From Planctomycetota bacterium (lineage in GTDB: Bacteria > Planctomycetota > UBA8108 > SXIK01), in assembly GCA_965223265.1 (NCBI GenBank), contig OZ244999.1, forward strand, positions 4,320,001 through 4,384,000: DNA of 64,000 bases, given 5' to 3'. The notes under the pieces are model-generated. The model had not been told where the DNA came from. It searched no databases and was given only the letters and a program-made list of their open reading frames with translations. Numbering within the stretch: the stretch's first letter is position 1; each line of letters starts with the position of its first letter. Below, one piece after another: positions 37,454-49,072 of the stretch. The position numbers were made by a program, and so were the translations under genes.

Positions 37454-39745
37454 ATGCACCGAACAGACCCGATCAGGCCGCGCGTCGCGCGACGGGGTCG
37501 ATTGCTGCGCTGGGGCTGGGCCCTCGGCACCGGCGTTCTCTTCGTCCACTTGGCGGCTGAGGCCGTGGCGCCGCTCACGATGTCTTGGGATCTCGCTGAT
37601 CCGACGCAGCAGGGCATGCTGACGATTCACAACGACCAGCCGATCGGCGGCGATTTCGGCATGCCGGTAGAGATTGGCGACTGGAACGGGGACGGTTTTC
37701 ACGACCTCGCTGTCGCGCCACTACGCGCCTCCGCGGGCGAAAGTAGCGACCGCGCGTCGAGCGGCATCCTCTACGTCTACCCTGGTGACGGTGTCCTCAG
37801 CGGCCGCGTCATCGACCCGTCGCAGGATCCTGAACGCATCACGTTTTGGGGCGCTCGCAGCGAAGACCTTCTCGGGACTGAGCTCTATACCGGCGACTTC
37901 GACGGCGATGGAATCGAAGACCTGATCTTTGGGGCGCAGAATTTCGACGGACCCGACGGTCTGCGCACCAACGCCGGGGCGGTGTACGTGCTGTTCGGGC
38001 GCGAAGACTTGTTCACCGGCTCGGCGCAGCTTTTCGATCTCGCCGAGACGACGTCGGGATTGCTCGCGATTTATGGTGACGTTATTGGCGGTCGACTCGG
38101 CATCTGGGTCGAGTCCGGCGATCTCGACGGCGACGGCAAAGCCGATCTGCTACTCGGTGCCGATCAAGTGCCAGGTGACGATGCTCCCGCGAGTGAGTTT
38201 CACCGCGGCAGCGTCGTCGTCATCTACGGCCGTGATCGCGCCGACACACCGGCTGTACTCGATCTTGCGAGCAGCAGCGGCGTCGAAGGCATCAGCCGTA
38301 TCTACGGCCGTGATCGCGAGGATCACTTCGGCGCCTCGATCCACAGCGCCGACCTCAATGTCGACGGCCGTGACGATCTCATCGTCGCCAGCGCGCTCGA
38401 ACGGCTGTCCGCCAGCCAAGGCGAAGCTGAAGGTATTCCCGCGCACGGCGAGTTCGTCGGCGGCGATGGACTCCTCGAGGACAAGCCGGAAGCTGGCGAG
38501 GTGACGATCCTCTTCAGCCTCGATGATGTCGAACGCCTGCCGCCTGTCGTCGATCTGGCCGCGCCGCCGAAAGAGCTCGTCAAAGGCATCACCACAATCT
38601 ATGGCGTGCGCCAACTCGAAAGTATGGGCGAAGAAATCACCTCCGGCGACTTTAACGGCGACGGGCGTCCGGACCTCGCCCTGGGCGCGCTGACAGCCAA
38701 CGGACCGGTGGAAGCTTTCGCCGGCAAAACGTACGTCCTCTATTGGCGAGCCGGACTTGAAGGCCGCGAGATCGATCTCGCTCAGGCGAGCGGTGGGTTC
38801 GCGCCCCCGGGCGTCAGGCTGTCTGTGCTCTACGGGACGACGCGTTTCGACATCCTCGGCGACACGCTCTCAGCCGGCGACTTCAACTTCGACGGGATGG
38901 ACGACCTGGCTGTCGGCATCCCGCACGCCGCTGTCGACGACCGAAATCAAGCCGGCTCAGTCGCGATCGTCTACGGCAGCCGTCAGGCCTGGCCAGAGGA
39001 GTGGGCTCCGCAAGCAAGCCCGCTACCGGAAGGCCTCAGCGTGACGTTCATTCTCGGTGCCAACTCGTTTGACCTCCTCTCCTACTCGATGGAGGCCCGC
39101 GACTATGATCGCGACGGCTACGCCGACCTTTTTCCGAATGCCATGACCGCGGATGGAAGGGACAACAACTTCCCGGACGCTGGCGATGCCTACGTTATCA
39201 GTGGCTACGGTTTCTCTCGAGTCTCACTGCGGATCGACACTCTCTCGCCCGACTATGCTCACGTATCGCAGGAGAGCACCGTCACGGTCGAAGGCCAGGG
39301 GTTCACCGCCGGTGATGTCCAAGTTGAAGTGGGCGGCCACAGCGCGCTGGACGTCACGGTGAAGAGCGGCGCCACCGCGACCGCTGTCTTTCCGCCCGGT
39401 GATAGCGTCGGCGCGGTCGACGTCACCGTCACCACGAGATACGGCAGTTTCACGTTCGAGGATGGCTTTCGCTACTTGGACAACTCACACTTTCTACGCG
39501 GCGATGCGGAAATCAACGGGCAGTTGAATATTTCCGATCCGATCGCGATCCTACGCCATCTCTTCGCGCCGAACATCGTCCTCGACTGCCCCGACGCCGG
39601 TGACAGCAACGATGATGGCGACCTCGATCTCAGCGATGTGATCTACCTGCTGGAGTTCCTCTTCGTCACAGGATCGGCGCCGGCGGCCCCTTATCCGGAT
39701 CCCGGCGAAGACCCAACCGCCGATGCACTTTCATGCATCGAGTAG
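37454..39745 (+). CDS. FG-GAP (integrin-alpha-like) propeller plus IPT/TIG domain plus C-terminal dockerin-like module
   Basis: About 7 GD(F/W/L)(N/D)GDG..DL repeats with G.VYV.FG. VTVEGQGF...VDVTVTT...GFRY (IPT). FLRGDAEING...CPDAGDSNDDGDLDLSD. Confidence 0.88.
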   Translation: MHRTDPIRPRVARRGRLLRWGWALGTGVLFVHLAAEAVAPLTMSWDLADPTQQGMLTIHNDQPIGGDFGMPVEIGDWNGDGFHDLAVAPLRASAGESSDRASSGILYVYPGDGVLSGRVIDPSQDPERITFWGARSEDLLGTELYTGDFDGDGIEDLIFGAQNFDGPDGLRTNAGAVYVLFGREDLFTGSAQLFDLAETTSGLLAIYGDVIGGRLGIWVESGDLDGDGKADLLLGADQVPGDDAPASEFHRGSVVVIYGRDRADTPAVLDLASSSGVEGISRIYGRDREDHFGASIHSADLNVDGRDDLIVASALERLSASQGEAEGIPAHGEFVGGDGLLEDKPEAGEVTILFSLDDVERLPPVVDLAAPPKELVKGITTIYGVRQLESMGEEITSGDFNGDGRPDLALGALTANGPVEAFAGKTYVLYWRAGLEGREIDLAQASGGFAPPGVRLSVLYGTTRFDILGDTLSAGDFNFDGMDDLAVGIPHAAVDDRNQAGSVAIVYGSRQAWPEEWAPQASPLPEGLSVTFILGANSFDLLSYSMEARDYDRDGYADLFPNAMTADGRDNNFPDAGDAYVISGYGFSRVSLRIDTLSPDYAHVSQESTVTVEGQGFTAGDVQVEVGGHSALDVTVKSGATATAVFPPGDSVGAVDVTVTTRYGSFTFEDGFRYLDNSHFLRGDAEINGQLNISDPIAILRHLFAPNIVLDCPDAGDSNDDGDLDLSDVIYLLEFLFVTGSAPAAPYPDPGEDPTADALSCIE

Positions 39746-39938
39746 TTCATGCCGAGTGCAAAGCGGTCATCTCGGCACAAGATCGGATGCCGTAGGTAGG
39801 AATCTAAGAGCGTGGGTGCTAAGTTATCGCCGGATCGCGGCACTGAGCGCGTGCCGACGATCCACTGAATTCGCGCCTCTGAGCTCGAACACCAGACCTC
39901 GTCACGAGGCGCTACGTAAGAACCCCTGAGCGTTACCC

Positions 39939-41570
39939 ATGGCGAGCGGCGTCCCTTTTCGTTCAGTCTTCTACCTTCTAGTGGCAGTGGCGGGTTGTCT
40001 CGGAACAACAGAGGGCAACGACGGTGTCATACGTCGAGCTGATAGCTCACTCGCCGCCACGTGTGACGAGATTCGCGCGCGAGAGCTGCTGCAGCAAAGC
40101 CGACTTGGCGTCGCGATCGTGCACGTAGCAAGCGGTGAGGTCGTCTACGAACACAGTGCAGATGAGTTCTTCCCGCCAGCGTCGGCAGCCAAGCTCCTGA
40201 CCTGCGGAGGCGCGCTTCTGACACTCGGTAGCGATTTTCGTTTCCAGACCCGCGTTGTGACGACGTCACCTATCCAGCGCGGCATCGTGCGAGGTGACGT
40301 CGTCCTCGTTGGCGCGGGTGATCCGAACTTGTCGCAGCGCGTCCGTCCCGGGGACCGCCTAGCGTTCAAGGACAACGATCACTCCTACGCCGGATTTCAC
40401 CCAAGCGCTGCGGTTCCGGGCGATCCGTTGACCGTCGTCCGCAACCTGGCTCGCCAGATCAAAGCCGCAGGCGTGCGGCAAATCAGCGGCAGTATCGTCG
40501 TCGACGATGGCCTCTTCGCCGAGTCTTTCGATCGCTTCGTCGGCACGTTCGGTGCTGTTTGCGTCAACGACAACCTCGTCGACGTCATGGTCACGCCAGG
40601 GCGCGAAGTTGGTGATCCGGTCGAATTCGAGGTCCAACCGGACAGCCGCATGATCGAAATCAGATCTGCGGCGCGAACATCACCTCCCGGCACGAAGGTC
40701 GAACTTGATTTGGAGCTGCGCCGCGGCATCGCGAGCTTCGATCTCGTCGGTTCGGTGCCGCACGGTTCGAAGCCTTTGCTGCGCGTGGCGGCAGTGCGCG
40801 CACCGTCCGAGATGGCGGCGCACTATCTGCACGAAGCGTTGAGAAACGTGGGAGTCGATGTGCGCGGCAAAACCCGTGTGTCCGGTTTTGGCCCGGCGGT
40901 CTACTCGCAATATCACGTCGTCGCCAGGCACACCTCTCCGCCGCTGTCGGAAACGATTCGTGTCATCCTCAAGGTCAGCCAGAACGTTCATGCCACCATG
41001 TTGCCGCCGCTGATCGGCGCTCTCAAAGGCGAGCGCGGCGACAGGTTCGAAGGATTCAGAATCATTCGTGGCGAGCTTGAGCGCCGCAAGTTCGATCTGC
41101 AGGGAGTCGCCGTTCGTAGCGGCTCCGGCGGCGATCGAGCCGATCGCGCTACGCCGCGCTGGATGGCGTCGTTTCTAAGGCGCATGGCCCAGCAGAAAGA
41201 GTTCCCACACTTCTTCTCCGCCCTCGCGGTTGCCGGCAGCGACGGCTCGCTCGCCCGCAGTCTCGACTCCTCAAGTCTGATCGAACGCGTGCACGCAAAG
41301 ACGGGCAGCCTTGTGTACCGCGAAGCGCTCGGAGGCCGATGGGTGTACTTGGCGAAAACCTTGTGCGGCTACCTTGACCTCCGCGCGGTCGGCCGACGCG
41401 ACGGACTGTACGCCTTCGCGATCATGATCGCAGACACCGTCGTCGAGGATCGGCACCGCGGCGCGCGGGAGCTTTCGAAGGCGCAAGAGGACATACTGCG
41501 TGCCGCCGTTCGGACGATCGAATCAGCGGCATCCAGCTCTTCGGACCGCCGGGCCGCACTTCAGAGATAA
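39939..41570 (+). CDS. dacB: D-alanyl-D-alanine carboxypeptidase/endopeptidase (PBP4, peptidase S13)
   Basis: SxxK in PASAAK, GAGDP, SxN in KVSQN, KTG motif. Confidence 0.9.
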   Translation: MASGVPFRSVFYLLVAVAGCLGTTEGNDGVIRRADSSLAATCDEIRARELLQQSRLGVAIVHVASGEVVYEHSADEFFPPASAAKLLTCGGALLTLGSDFRFQTRVVTTSPIQRGIVRGDVVLVGAGDPNLSQRVRPGDRLAFKDNDHSYAGFHPSAAVPGDPLTVVRNLARQIKAAGVRQISGSIVVDDGLFAESFDRFVGTFGAVCVNDNLVDVMVTPGREVGDPVEFEVQPDSRMIEIRSAARTSPPGTKVELDLELRRGIASFDLVGSVPHGSKPLLRVAAVRAPSEMAAHYLHEALRNVGVDVRGKTRVSGFGPAVYSQYHVVARHTSPPLSETIRVILKVSQNVHATMLPPLIGALKGERGDRFEGFRIIRGELERRKFDLQGVAVRSGSGGDRADRATPRWMASFLRRMAQQKEFPHFFSALAVAGSDGSLARSLDSSSLIERVHAKTGSLVYREALGGRWVYLAKTLCGYLDLRAVGRRDGLYAFAIMIADTVVEDRHRGARELSKAQEDILRAAVRTIESAASSSSDRRAALQR

Positions 41571-42871
41571 GAGTTGATCAGGTGCTCAAGCCACTCCTGG
41601 CGACCACTGACATTCGTGTCAGCCTCGCCCTTGTTGAGCATGTAAGTCTCGAGTGACTTGAAATCGGCACGACCACTCTCGATTTCAGCACCGATCCCGG
41701 TATCCCAGGAGCTGTAGCGCTCCTTCACAAACGCATTCAAGCGCCCTTCGGCGCGGATCGCGGCAGCAATCTTAAGACCGCGCGCAAACGCATCCATGCC
41801 GCTGATGTGCGCGTAGAAGAGATCCACTGGCTCGAAACTTTCACGCCGCACCTTGGCGTCAAAGTTGATTCCGCCTGGGCTCAAGCCGCCGTACTTGAGC
41901 AGCGACAGCATGCACTGCGTGGTCAAGTAGATATCGGTCGGAAACTGGTCAGTGTCCCAGCCGAGAAGAAGGTCGCCAGTGTTGGCGTCGATCGAGCCAA
42001 GAAAACCCTGCGACCCGGCGTATTCGATTTCGTGCTGAATCGTGTGACCGGCCAGCGTCGCATGGTTGGTTTCAAGGTTGAGTTTGAAATGATTACCGAG
42101 ATCGTACGCACGGAGGAAATTGATACAGTTCGCCGCATCAAAATCGTACTGATGCTTGGTCGGCTCTTTGGGTTTCGGCTCGAGCATCAGCTGCCCATCG
42201 AATCCGATCTCCTTGGCGTACGCTACAGCCATATGAAAAAACGCGGCAAGGTGGTCCAATTCGCGCTTTAGGTCCGTGTTCCACAGATTCTGATACCCTT
42301 CCCGCCCACCCCAAAAAACATAGCCGCTGCCACCTAGCTCTTTGGTGACTTCCATCATCTTCTTGACTTGTGAAGCAGCATACGCGAAAGCATCTGCGTT
42401 GCTGCTTGTCGCCGCGCCATGGACGTAGCGCGGGTGACTGAAAAGATTCGCAGTACCCCAGAGAAGGCGTATGCCGGTGCGCTGTTGCTCTTCCTTGAGC
42501 GCCGAGACAACGGCATCGAGGTTGGCGTGACTTTCCGCCAGCGTCGCGCCCTCGGGGGCCATGTCGCGGTCATGAAAGCAGTAAAACTGAACGCCGAGCT
42601 TCTCCATAAACTCGAAGGCTACGCGCACTCTCTTCTTGGCGTTCTCGACGGAGTCCGTCGCAGCTTCCCAGGGCCGCACCATGGTCGGTGCGCCAAACGG
42701 ATCACCACCACCGCCACGAAACGTGTGCCAATAGGCGACGCTGAACCTGAAGTGCTCCTTCATCGGCTTGCCCTCAACGACTTCGTCTGCATTGTAGTGA
42801 CGAAACGCTAGGGAGTTCTTCGAGTTCGGCCCTTCGTAACGAATCGGTTCAACGTCGGGAAATGCGCTCAT
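41561..42871 (-). CDS. xylA: Xylose isomerase (class II)
   Basis: Motifs [56 protein letters not shown]. Confidence 0.97.
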   Translation of the reverse strand: MSAFPDVEPIRYEGPNSKNSLAFRHYNADEVVEGKPMKEHFRFSVAYWHTFRGGGGDPFGAPTMVRPWEAATDSVENAKKRVRVAFEFMEKLGVQFYCFHDRDMAPEGATLAESHANLDAVVSALKEEQQRTGIRLLWGTANLFSHPRYVHGAATSSNADAFAYAASQVKKMMEVTKELGGSGYVFWGGREGYQNLWNTDLKRELDHLAAFFHMAVAYAKEIGFDGQLMLEPKPKEPTKHQYDFDAANCINFLRAYDLGNHFKLNLETNHATLAGHTIQHEIEYAGSQGFLGSIDANTGDLLLGWDTDQFPTDIYLTTQCMLSLLKYGGLSPGGINFDAKVRRESFEPVDLFYAHISGMDAFARGLKIAAAIRAEGRLNAFVKERYSSWDTGIGAEIESGRADFKSLETYMLNKGEADTNVSGRQEWLEHLINSYL

Positions 42872-43026
42872 TGCTAGCCTCTTATGAATTCTCCAAAGCC
42901 CTCGACAAGCAGCGGTCAGCCGGCAACGTCGAGAAAGAAGCCGCCATGGTGCCAGATCGCCGCGCTGCTTGGCAACATCGCAATCGATCAACGTCGCAGC
43001 GATGGCATGTCATCACACGTCTCTGC

Positions 43027-44364
43027 TCAGCCGCCGAGCCACACCCTTTTGACGACGACTCGATAGTTCGCCGCCGCCCCATCCATGCTCAGCAAAACCG
43101 CGTCGCTCCGCGCCCCACGCGTCAGCACACCGCGATCATCGAGGCCAAGGAGCCGCGCTGGGTTCGTCGCGCAGACCTGACAAGCGAGATCCATCGCACC
43201 CTCTATCGGCAGAGCCTGGTGCTCGCGATAGTAGACGCCCTGCATGTCACGGCTCACCAGGTTGACAACGTTCTCGAAAACCTGGTTCATGTGAATCGCT
43301 GCCCCAAAGAGATTGGAGCGATCCGAGCTGAACGGATTGGAGTCCGCGGCGTTCAAGACCTCCAAATAACGCCCATCCGGGGACACTCGGCCAGCGACTC
43401 CGTAGGCTTCGAATTCAGACGACGGAAAACTGAGGGCAAAGCCTGCATCGCTGACGGCGATGAATCGCGACGAACCTTTTCGCGCGAGCCAGTCGCGGAC
43501 GAGGTCGAAATGGACATGATAGCCGTCTACGATCACCGTGATCATGATGTCGTCGTTACGCAGGGATTCCTCGAGCATACCGCCGTCGTTGAAGCTCTTC
43601 AGGTTGGAGCCTGTCGGACCATTACCGAGATGGATCACGTAGCGTAGTCCAGCGTCGACAGCCTCGCGCAAACGTACGGCGTGCGGCTTTGCGTGTCCGA
43701 TACCACAGGTGATGCCTCGGGCCGTCGCAGCGCGAATCACGTCGACAGCCTCGTCACCCATCTCGGCAGCGACGTTGAGGAGCCGTACGCCACCCGTGGC
43801 AGTGAAGCGCTGCAAGACCTCCAGGCTTGGAGGCACGACCCACTGAGGGTTGTGAGCACCGCAGTGGGCGGGATTCATGAAAGTGCCCTCGACGAGTCCG
43901 CCGAGGAAGATCCCATCCCACTTCGTGCGTTCCGCATCCACCGACGTCCCGCGACCCAAGTCGCGCACGGCTGCCATGCCTTCGAGGTAGTCAACTATTT
44001 CATCAATCGGCGCCGCCAGCGTCGCCAGGCAGATACCGGTGACGCCGAGACTCGCTTGGTACTCCAGTACCCGACGGATGCGAGCCGCGTGTTCGTGCGG
44101 CGCTGCGGGGCCACGCATCATCCACTCGGCGTCGTTGACTTGGACATCAATCCACCCAGGCAGTAACCAGAGGCCACGGCCGTCGACGACTTCCGCTGCG
44201 GATGCTGACGCCGCGTCGGCGCCAACCGCTTCAACGCGGCCGTCGGCGAGGTAAACGTCGACGATCGTGCCTGGCGGCACGTCTGCGCCGACCACGTGGG
44301 CGCCGCGGATCAAAACCGACTCAGCCCGGTGTGGCAGAGTACCCGTCGTCTGCGGAGAGTTCAC
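43027..44364 (-). CDS. NagA-like amidohydrolase (N-acetyl-aminosugar deacetylase family), divergent
   Basis: Motifs PGWIDVQVN, EGTFMN, GAH, GIGH, HLGNG, IVDGYHV, VSDA, NPARLLG. Confidence 0.8.
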   Translation of the reverse strand: MNSPQTTGTLPHRAESVLIRGAHVVGADVPPGTIVDVYLADGRVEAVGADAASASAAEVVDGRGLWLLPGWIDVQVNDAEWMMRGPAAPHEHAARIRRVLEYQASLGVTGICLATLAAPIDEIVDYLEGMAAVRDLGRGTSVDAERTKWDGIFLGGLVEGTFMNPAHCGAHNPQWVVPPSLEVLQRFTATGGVRLLNVAAEMGDEAVDVIRAATARGITCGIGHAKPHAVRLREAVDAGLRYVIHLGNGPTGSNLKSFNDGGMLEESLRNDDIMITVIVDGYHVHFDLVRDWLARKGSSRFIAVSDAGFALSFPSSEFEAYGVAGRVSPDGRYLEVLNAADSNPFSSDRSNLFGAAIHMNQVFENVVNLVSRDMQGVYYREHQALPIEGAMDLACQVCATNPARLLGLDDRGVLTRGARSDAVLLSMDGAAANYRVVVKRVWLGG

Positions 44365-44378
44365 TGCAAGGGCCTCAC

Positions 44379-45770
44379 TCAGGTCGCCACGGCATCGGCA
44401 AAAACGTCGCGAAACACTTCAAGGCTCTCGGCGAGCGCGTCGTCTGGGATGCTGAGCGGCGGTGCGATCTTCAAACAGCCGCCGCCAAGACCGACCGGAG
44501 CGAAGAGAAGCAAACCACGACGAAAGCACCCCTCAACGACGCGCGTCGCCAAGTCGGCGTCCGGATTCTTGCTGCCGGGCTCGACCACCCGCACACCGCC
44601 GACCAGTCCGCGCGCCCGGATGCAACCGATATGGTCGCCGTGACGCGCGCTAAGATCCTCGAGCGCACGCAGCAACGGTGTCTCCAAGCGTGCCGCGCGC
44701 GCGACCAAGTCTTCGCTCTCAAGAGCTTCGAGCGCGCCCAATGCAGCCGCAACTCCGAGTGGTGCGCCAGAGTGTGTCGATGTCATCGAGCCGACGGGAA
44801 ATTGATCCATGACGTCTGCACGACCGATGACAGCTGAAAGCGGCAGCGACCCAGAAATCCCTTTGCCGCAGGCGATCAAATCGGGGACGACCCCGTAGTG
44901 CTCGAACGTGAACATCTTGCCGGTGCGACCGAAGCCCGACTGCACTTCGTCGAACGCCAGGAGCGCGGCATGGCGGTCGCACCACCGCCGCAGCTCTTGA
45001 GCGTACTCGACCGGAAAAAAATCTGGTCCGATCCCGAGATAACTTTCGGAGAGCACGCCGGCGACGTCACCAGGCTCGACGCCGTGCGCCTCGAGCGTCC
45101 GCTCGAAGACCGCAAACGATGTATCCTCTTGTAGGTACCCATCCGGAAACGCGACTTGAATGAATGTGACGTCATCCGCACCAATCCAATCCTTCAGCGG
45201 TGGGATGCCACCAGCAAGCTGCGAGCCAAGAGTTCGCCCGTGAAAGCCCCCGCCAAACGAAACGATGACTCGCCGCTCGGAACTGTCTCGGCGCGCCCAC
45301 GCTCGCATGAGCTTGATCGTATTCTCGACGGCTTCGGACCCCGTTGTCAGCAAGAACACCTTGTCGAGTCCGTGCGGCGCGATGCGAACGAGTTCCGCGG
45401 CGAGATGAGCACGGTCCTCGTGGGCAAACACATACGTCGCGAGTTGCTTACGTTCCACGAGATCTCGAACGCGCGCGTGAATGCGCGGATGCGAATGGCC
45501 AGCATTCGCGACCAGCACGCACGACGACCAGTCGATCCACGAATTCCCGAACCGATCGTACACAAGCGCGCCTTCGGCGTGGTCCCAGAGGACAGGAGGT
45601 TGGCAGTTCATCGACACCGGTTCATAGCGCAGCAGCTGCTCGAAGTAAGGTACGGACTCTGGCACCGGAAGAGGCGTCCGAATTCTTCGGTACTTCGTCT
45701 CAATCTGCGGCACCGGTGTCGGCGTCAGAGAGAAACGTCCATACAGCTTTGGTTCAGTGGCTGGACTCAT
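44379..45770 (-). CDS. Class III PLP-dependent aminotransferase
   Basis: Motifs TGSEAVE, FHGRT, FDEVQSGFGRTG, PDLIACGKG, STHSG. Confidence 0.93.
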   Translation of the reverse strand: MSPATEPKLYGRFSLTPTPVPQIETKYRRIRTPLPVPESVPYFEQLLRYEPVSMNCQPPVLWDHAEGALVYDRFGNSWIDWSSCVLVANAGHSHPRIHARVRDLVERKQLATYVFAHEDRAHLAAELVRIAPHGLDKVFLLTTGSEAVENTIKLMRAWARRDSSERRVIVSFGGGFHGRTLGSQLAGGIPPLKDWIGADDVTFIQVAFPDGYLQEDTSFAVFERTLEAHGVEPGDVAGVLSESYLGIGPDFFPVEYAQELRRWCDRHAALLAFDEVQSGFGRTGKMFTFEHYGVVPDLIACGKGISGSLPLSAVIGRADVMDQFPVGSMTSTHSGAPLGVAAALGALEALESEDLVARAARLETPLLRALEDLSARHGDHIGCIRARGLVGGVRVVEPGSKNPDADLATRVVEGCFRRGLLLFAPVGLGGGCLKIAPPLSIPDDALAESLEVFRDVFADAVAT

Positions 45771-46618
45771 TGCTGATCTCCACGCACGAGGGCACCGCGG
45801 AATCTCTTTTCATCCGCGGGATGACAAACAAGAAGGTTCGTCCGCAGCTGCCATCGCCGAGGGTGATCTGACGCCAGGTGATACGTGTCCGCACTCACAA
45901 GAGAGGTGACCTCCCGTCGTATGCCGCCCGGTTCTACTGTGATCGAAAAACCTTTCCGGAGGAGCAGAGGCAAGGCGCCGGCAACATCCCACAGCTTGAC
46001 ACTACCAAGATAACTCACGAACCGCCCCTGCAGGAGCCCGACGAGCGGCACCACTGCCGCCCCCAGCGTCATCAGCGGGTTTGTGACCTCGACGCGACCG
46101 TACTTCGCCATCGCCTGAGTCACATGCACAAGCCGACGCTGATCCATGTCCGGCATCGGAGCAGCGAGCTCTGCCCACTCGAAGGCATCGCCGACGAGCC
46201 GCCCTTCGCGGACCTCTTCGCCGACGCTGAGCACGAGCTCGCGCATCGCCGGCATGTACACGGCGCCGTCGACAAGCTCGCCCGCCACCATACGGCCAAC
46301 TGAGACACCCCACGTCGGCATCTGGTGCGCATACGGTACGGTACCGTCGATCGGATCGATCACAAAGCACTCCGACTCGAAGGCTTTCGCGATGTACTCC
46401 TCTCCCTTCGTTGCGATCGTTTCCTCGCCGATGATGCGAGTGCCAGCGGCCTCGTCTTCGAGCTCCCTTGTTAGCAGGGCCTCAACCTCACGGTCGACCT
46501 CCGTCACGAGCGATCGATCCTCTTTGAACTCCCACGTCAAACCGCGCTGCTTCTCGAGAGCGTACTTTCCGGCTTCAAGGAGAAGTGCTGTGATCTTTTC
46601 CGGATTCCAAGCCATCAA
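45767..46618 (-). CDS. Inositol monophosphatase family protein
   Basis: Motifs SLVTEVD, IIGEE, IDPIDGT, WDVAG. Confidence 0.9.
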   Translation of the reverse strand: MMAWNPEKITALLLEAGKYALEKQRGLTWEFKEDRSLVTEVDREVEALLTRELEDEAAGTRIIGEETIATKGEEYIAKAFESECFVIDPIDGTVPYAHQMPTWGVSVGRMVAGELVDGAVYMPAMRELVLSVGEEVREGRLVGDAFEWAELAAPMPDMDQRRLVHVTQAMAKYGRVEVTNPLMTLGAAVVPLVGLLQGRFVSYLGSVKLWDVAGALPLLLRKGFSITVEPGGIRREVTSLVSADTYHLASDHPRRWQLRTNLLVCHPADEKRFRGALVRGDQQ

Positions 46619-46761
46619 ACCTCACTACGACAAAGTGACTCTGTTCAAAAGAGGTCACACAAAGGGCTGCGGTGCATCGTGAGTGCGATGACCGGCCGAT
46701 ACCGCACCACGCGCTGACAATACCCAGACCGTCTCAGGTTCGTGCCGCGGCAAAAAGCAGT

Positions 46762-48636
46762 TCACGGACTTCCCATCGCTTGGGGGGCGCCCTCCGTGAG
46801 CTGAACCGACGAGTCGAATATGTCGCCGTAGCGCTCTTCAACGCGGCGTCGAATCAACTTCCCGGATGGCCCGAGGACCTCTGCCTCCTTGAAGCCCACC
46901 GGGCTGATCACCCAGCGCTCGACACGCTCGTCGACGGGACGCTTTTCGTTAAAGTCACGCACGCACGAGGCCGCATACTCGTGTAGCTCACGTTCGTCGC
47001 CGCGAGCCGCGTCGCTTCCTTCAACGGGGCGCGTGAAGAAGACAGCGCCAAGGCGCGGCTGTCCTTCACCGATGACAACGATCTCTTCAAATCGATTCGC
47101 CCGCTCCAGATCGATCGTCTGCATCTCTTCTTCGAACGGAATCGGGTTGTAGTTGAGACCGTTCTCCGTCGTGATGCGGTCCGATGCCTTGCCGAGGACG
47201 CGAAGCCGGCCGGCGGCGTCGAACTCCGCGAAGTCGCCCGTGCTCTTACGACCACCGAACTCTACGAACGATCCATCAGGATCGTGGTAGCCGCGGGCGA
47301 TCTGAGGCCCCTCGACGATGAGCTCGCCGTCCTCAAGGTAAGCCTTGCTGCCAGAAAACATCGGCCCACATGTTCCGAAGGCACCGCGGAACCGATCGCC
47401 AATGCTGCAGACCGCAAGTGGCCCTGTCGTCTCAGTCATGCCCCAGCCCTGCAGGCAACGAATTCCCATGACTTCCATAAAAGCCATCGCTTTGAGATTC
47501 GGTTTGGCACCACCGATGACGACGAACTCGGGCGACCCGAGACGGCCCCGGAAAAGGCGACCGAACAGACGCCGCGCGGTCAGAATGGCGCCGCGACGCC
47601 TCAGGCCGATGTGCCTACCTTGTTCGCGGTCGATGACTGCATCCTCCGCCTGTTGAACGACACGCTTCAGGCGACGGCGCACCCGCAGCGGAATGCGCGC
47701 CAGGCGCCGCAGCGGCTCCGGTGCCGTTTTGGGATCGAGATCCGAGGTGAGTCGGTCGTAGAACCCCGATCGCATTCGATTCAGCACGATCGGCACGAGG
47801 ATCATCCCGTTCACCTTACCCGTGACCGCCTCCGGCAGGCGCGAAAGGTACTGAACGTCTGAGAAGAGAAGACGCTTCGGTTTGACGGCCAACAGTCCCA
47901 AGATCACAACGAATGCAAAGACGTGGCTGGTTGAAAGCGGACTGTGAAGCGTCATGCCCTGGTAGAGAAAATCGATGTCGCGGATGTTGTCGACGGCAGC
48001 GTCTATGTTTCCAAGCGAGATTTCTGTCAGCTTCGCGAGACGACCTGAGGTCCCCGACGTGAAGATCCAAGCGCACGGGTGATCTGGCGGCAGACCCGCG
48101 AGGAGCGAGCCTCCGGTGCTCGAGGCGCCCAACGCCGCGACATCTTCGCCTTCGCCGCTGGCGCCGCCACCATCGGTCTCAGCCAAAAGCTCTTCGAGGG
48201 AGAGAGTCAGCACTCGCGAGATGAGGGTGTCGGCGACGTCACCGCCCTCGTCACCACCGCGCGGAGTGAGAAGCCAACGCTCGGCGCGTCCGCGAAGCCC
48301 ACCGCCGGCAATGACAGCACCCAGGCGGTAGGCGGCGAGATACTGCCGCTGCGTTGCCTCCGACCAGTTCGGATAGAGCGGAACAACCGTCCAGCGCTCG
48401 GCCATCGCAGCGAGAGTAGCGACGAGAAACTCGATGGTCTCTTCCGGCTTGAAGAGAAGACAGATCACCTTGCGGCCGTCGACATCCCAACCGCGCAGCG
48501 CGTGGCGAAAACGCTCGGCGGCGAGAAGCAGCTCCGTCCCGGTCACCCGACGCGCGACTCTGCCAGCACGGTCGTACGCTTCGAGTGTCAAGCCCGACTG
48601 TGGCAGCGTTTCGAGGACTACATCGAGAACTGCCAT
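46762..48636 (-). CDS. AMP-dependent (long-chain acyl-CoA type) synthetase
   Basis: Motifs IFTSGTSG..K, QGWGMTET, GELIVEGP, TGD. GGGAGG RBS. Confidence 0.85.
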   Translation of the reverse strand: MAVLDVVLETLPQSGLTLEAYDRAGRVARRVTGTELLLAAERFRHALRGWDVDGRKVICLLFKPEETIEFLVATLAAMAERWTVVPLYPNWSEATQRQYLAAYRLGAVIAGGGLRGRAERWLLTPRGGDEGGDVADTLISRVLTLSLEELLAETDGGGASGEGEDVAALGASSTGGSLLAGLPPDHPCAWIFTSGTSGRLAKLTEISLGNIDAAVDNIRDIDFLYQGMTLHSPLSTSHVFAFVVILGLLAVKPKRLLFSDVQYLSRLPEAVTGKVNGMILVPIVLNRMRSGFYDRLTSDLDPKTAPEPLRRLARIPLRVRRRLKRVVQQAEDAVIDREQGRHIGLRRRGAILTARRLFGRLFRGRLGSPEFVVIGGAKPNLKAMAFMEVMGIRCLQGWGMTETTGPLAVCSIGDRFRGAFGTCGPMFSGSKAYLEDGELIVEGPQIARGYHDPDGSFVEFGGRKSTGDFAEFDAAGRLRVLGKASDRITTENGLNYNPIPFEEEMQTIDLERANRFEEIVVIGEGQPRLGAVFFTRPVEGSDAARGDERELHEYAASCVRDFNEKRPVDERVERWVISPVGFKEAEVLGPSGKLIRRRVEERYGDIFDSSVQLTEGAPQAMGSP

Positions 48637-49072
48637 GTCACCTCCCTTCGAGTTGGCTTCAAGCAACTCTCCGAAGCACTCTATTTGTGGGTCGGAGTCA
48701 AGTCAAGCAAATGCGCCGCCCTGAGGGTCGCCCTCACGGTGGCCTCATGACCGAACACCGAACATAGCGCCGCCACACCCACAGCACAGGTGCTTCGTTC
48801 TTGCTTTTGCCTGACGTCAAAGATTTAGTGATGGAACGCAGCCTCGAGTTCGACCGTTTCGCTTCGGCCGTGCGAGTGCCGGACGCGTCGAGGCCAAGGA
48901 GTTACTCGAGCGCGCCGGCTCGGATCGTGGCGGACCGGCGCCGGCATCGGTACTCCTCGCTCATCCCGATAGGTCGGAGGGCGTTCTTGGACACAAGCCA
49001 AGGCTCTCAGGAAACAAAGAACCCACATGCCTTTTGAAGCCCTGTAAACTCGTCCGCGTAGACGCGCGCGAA

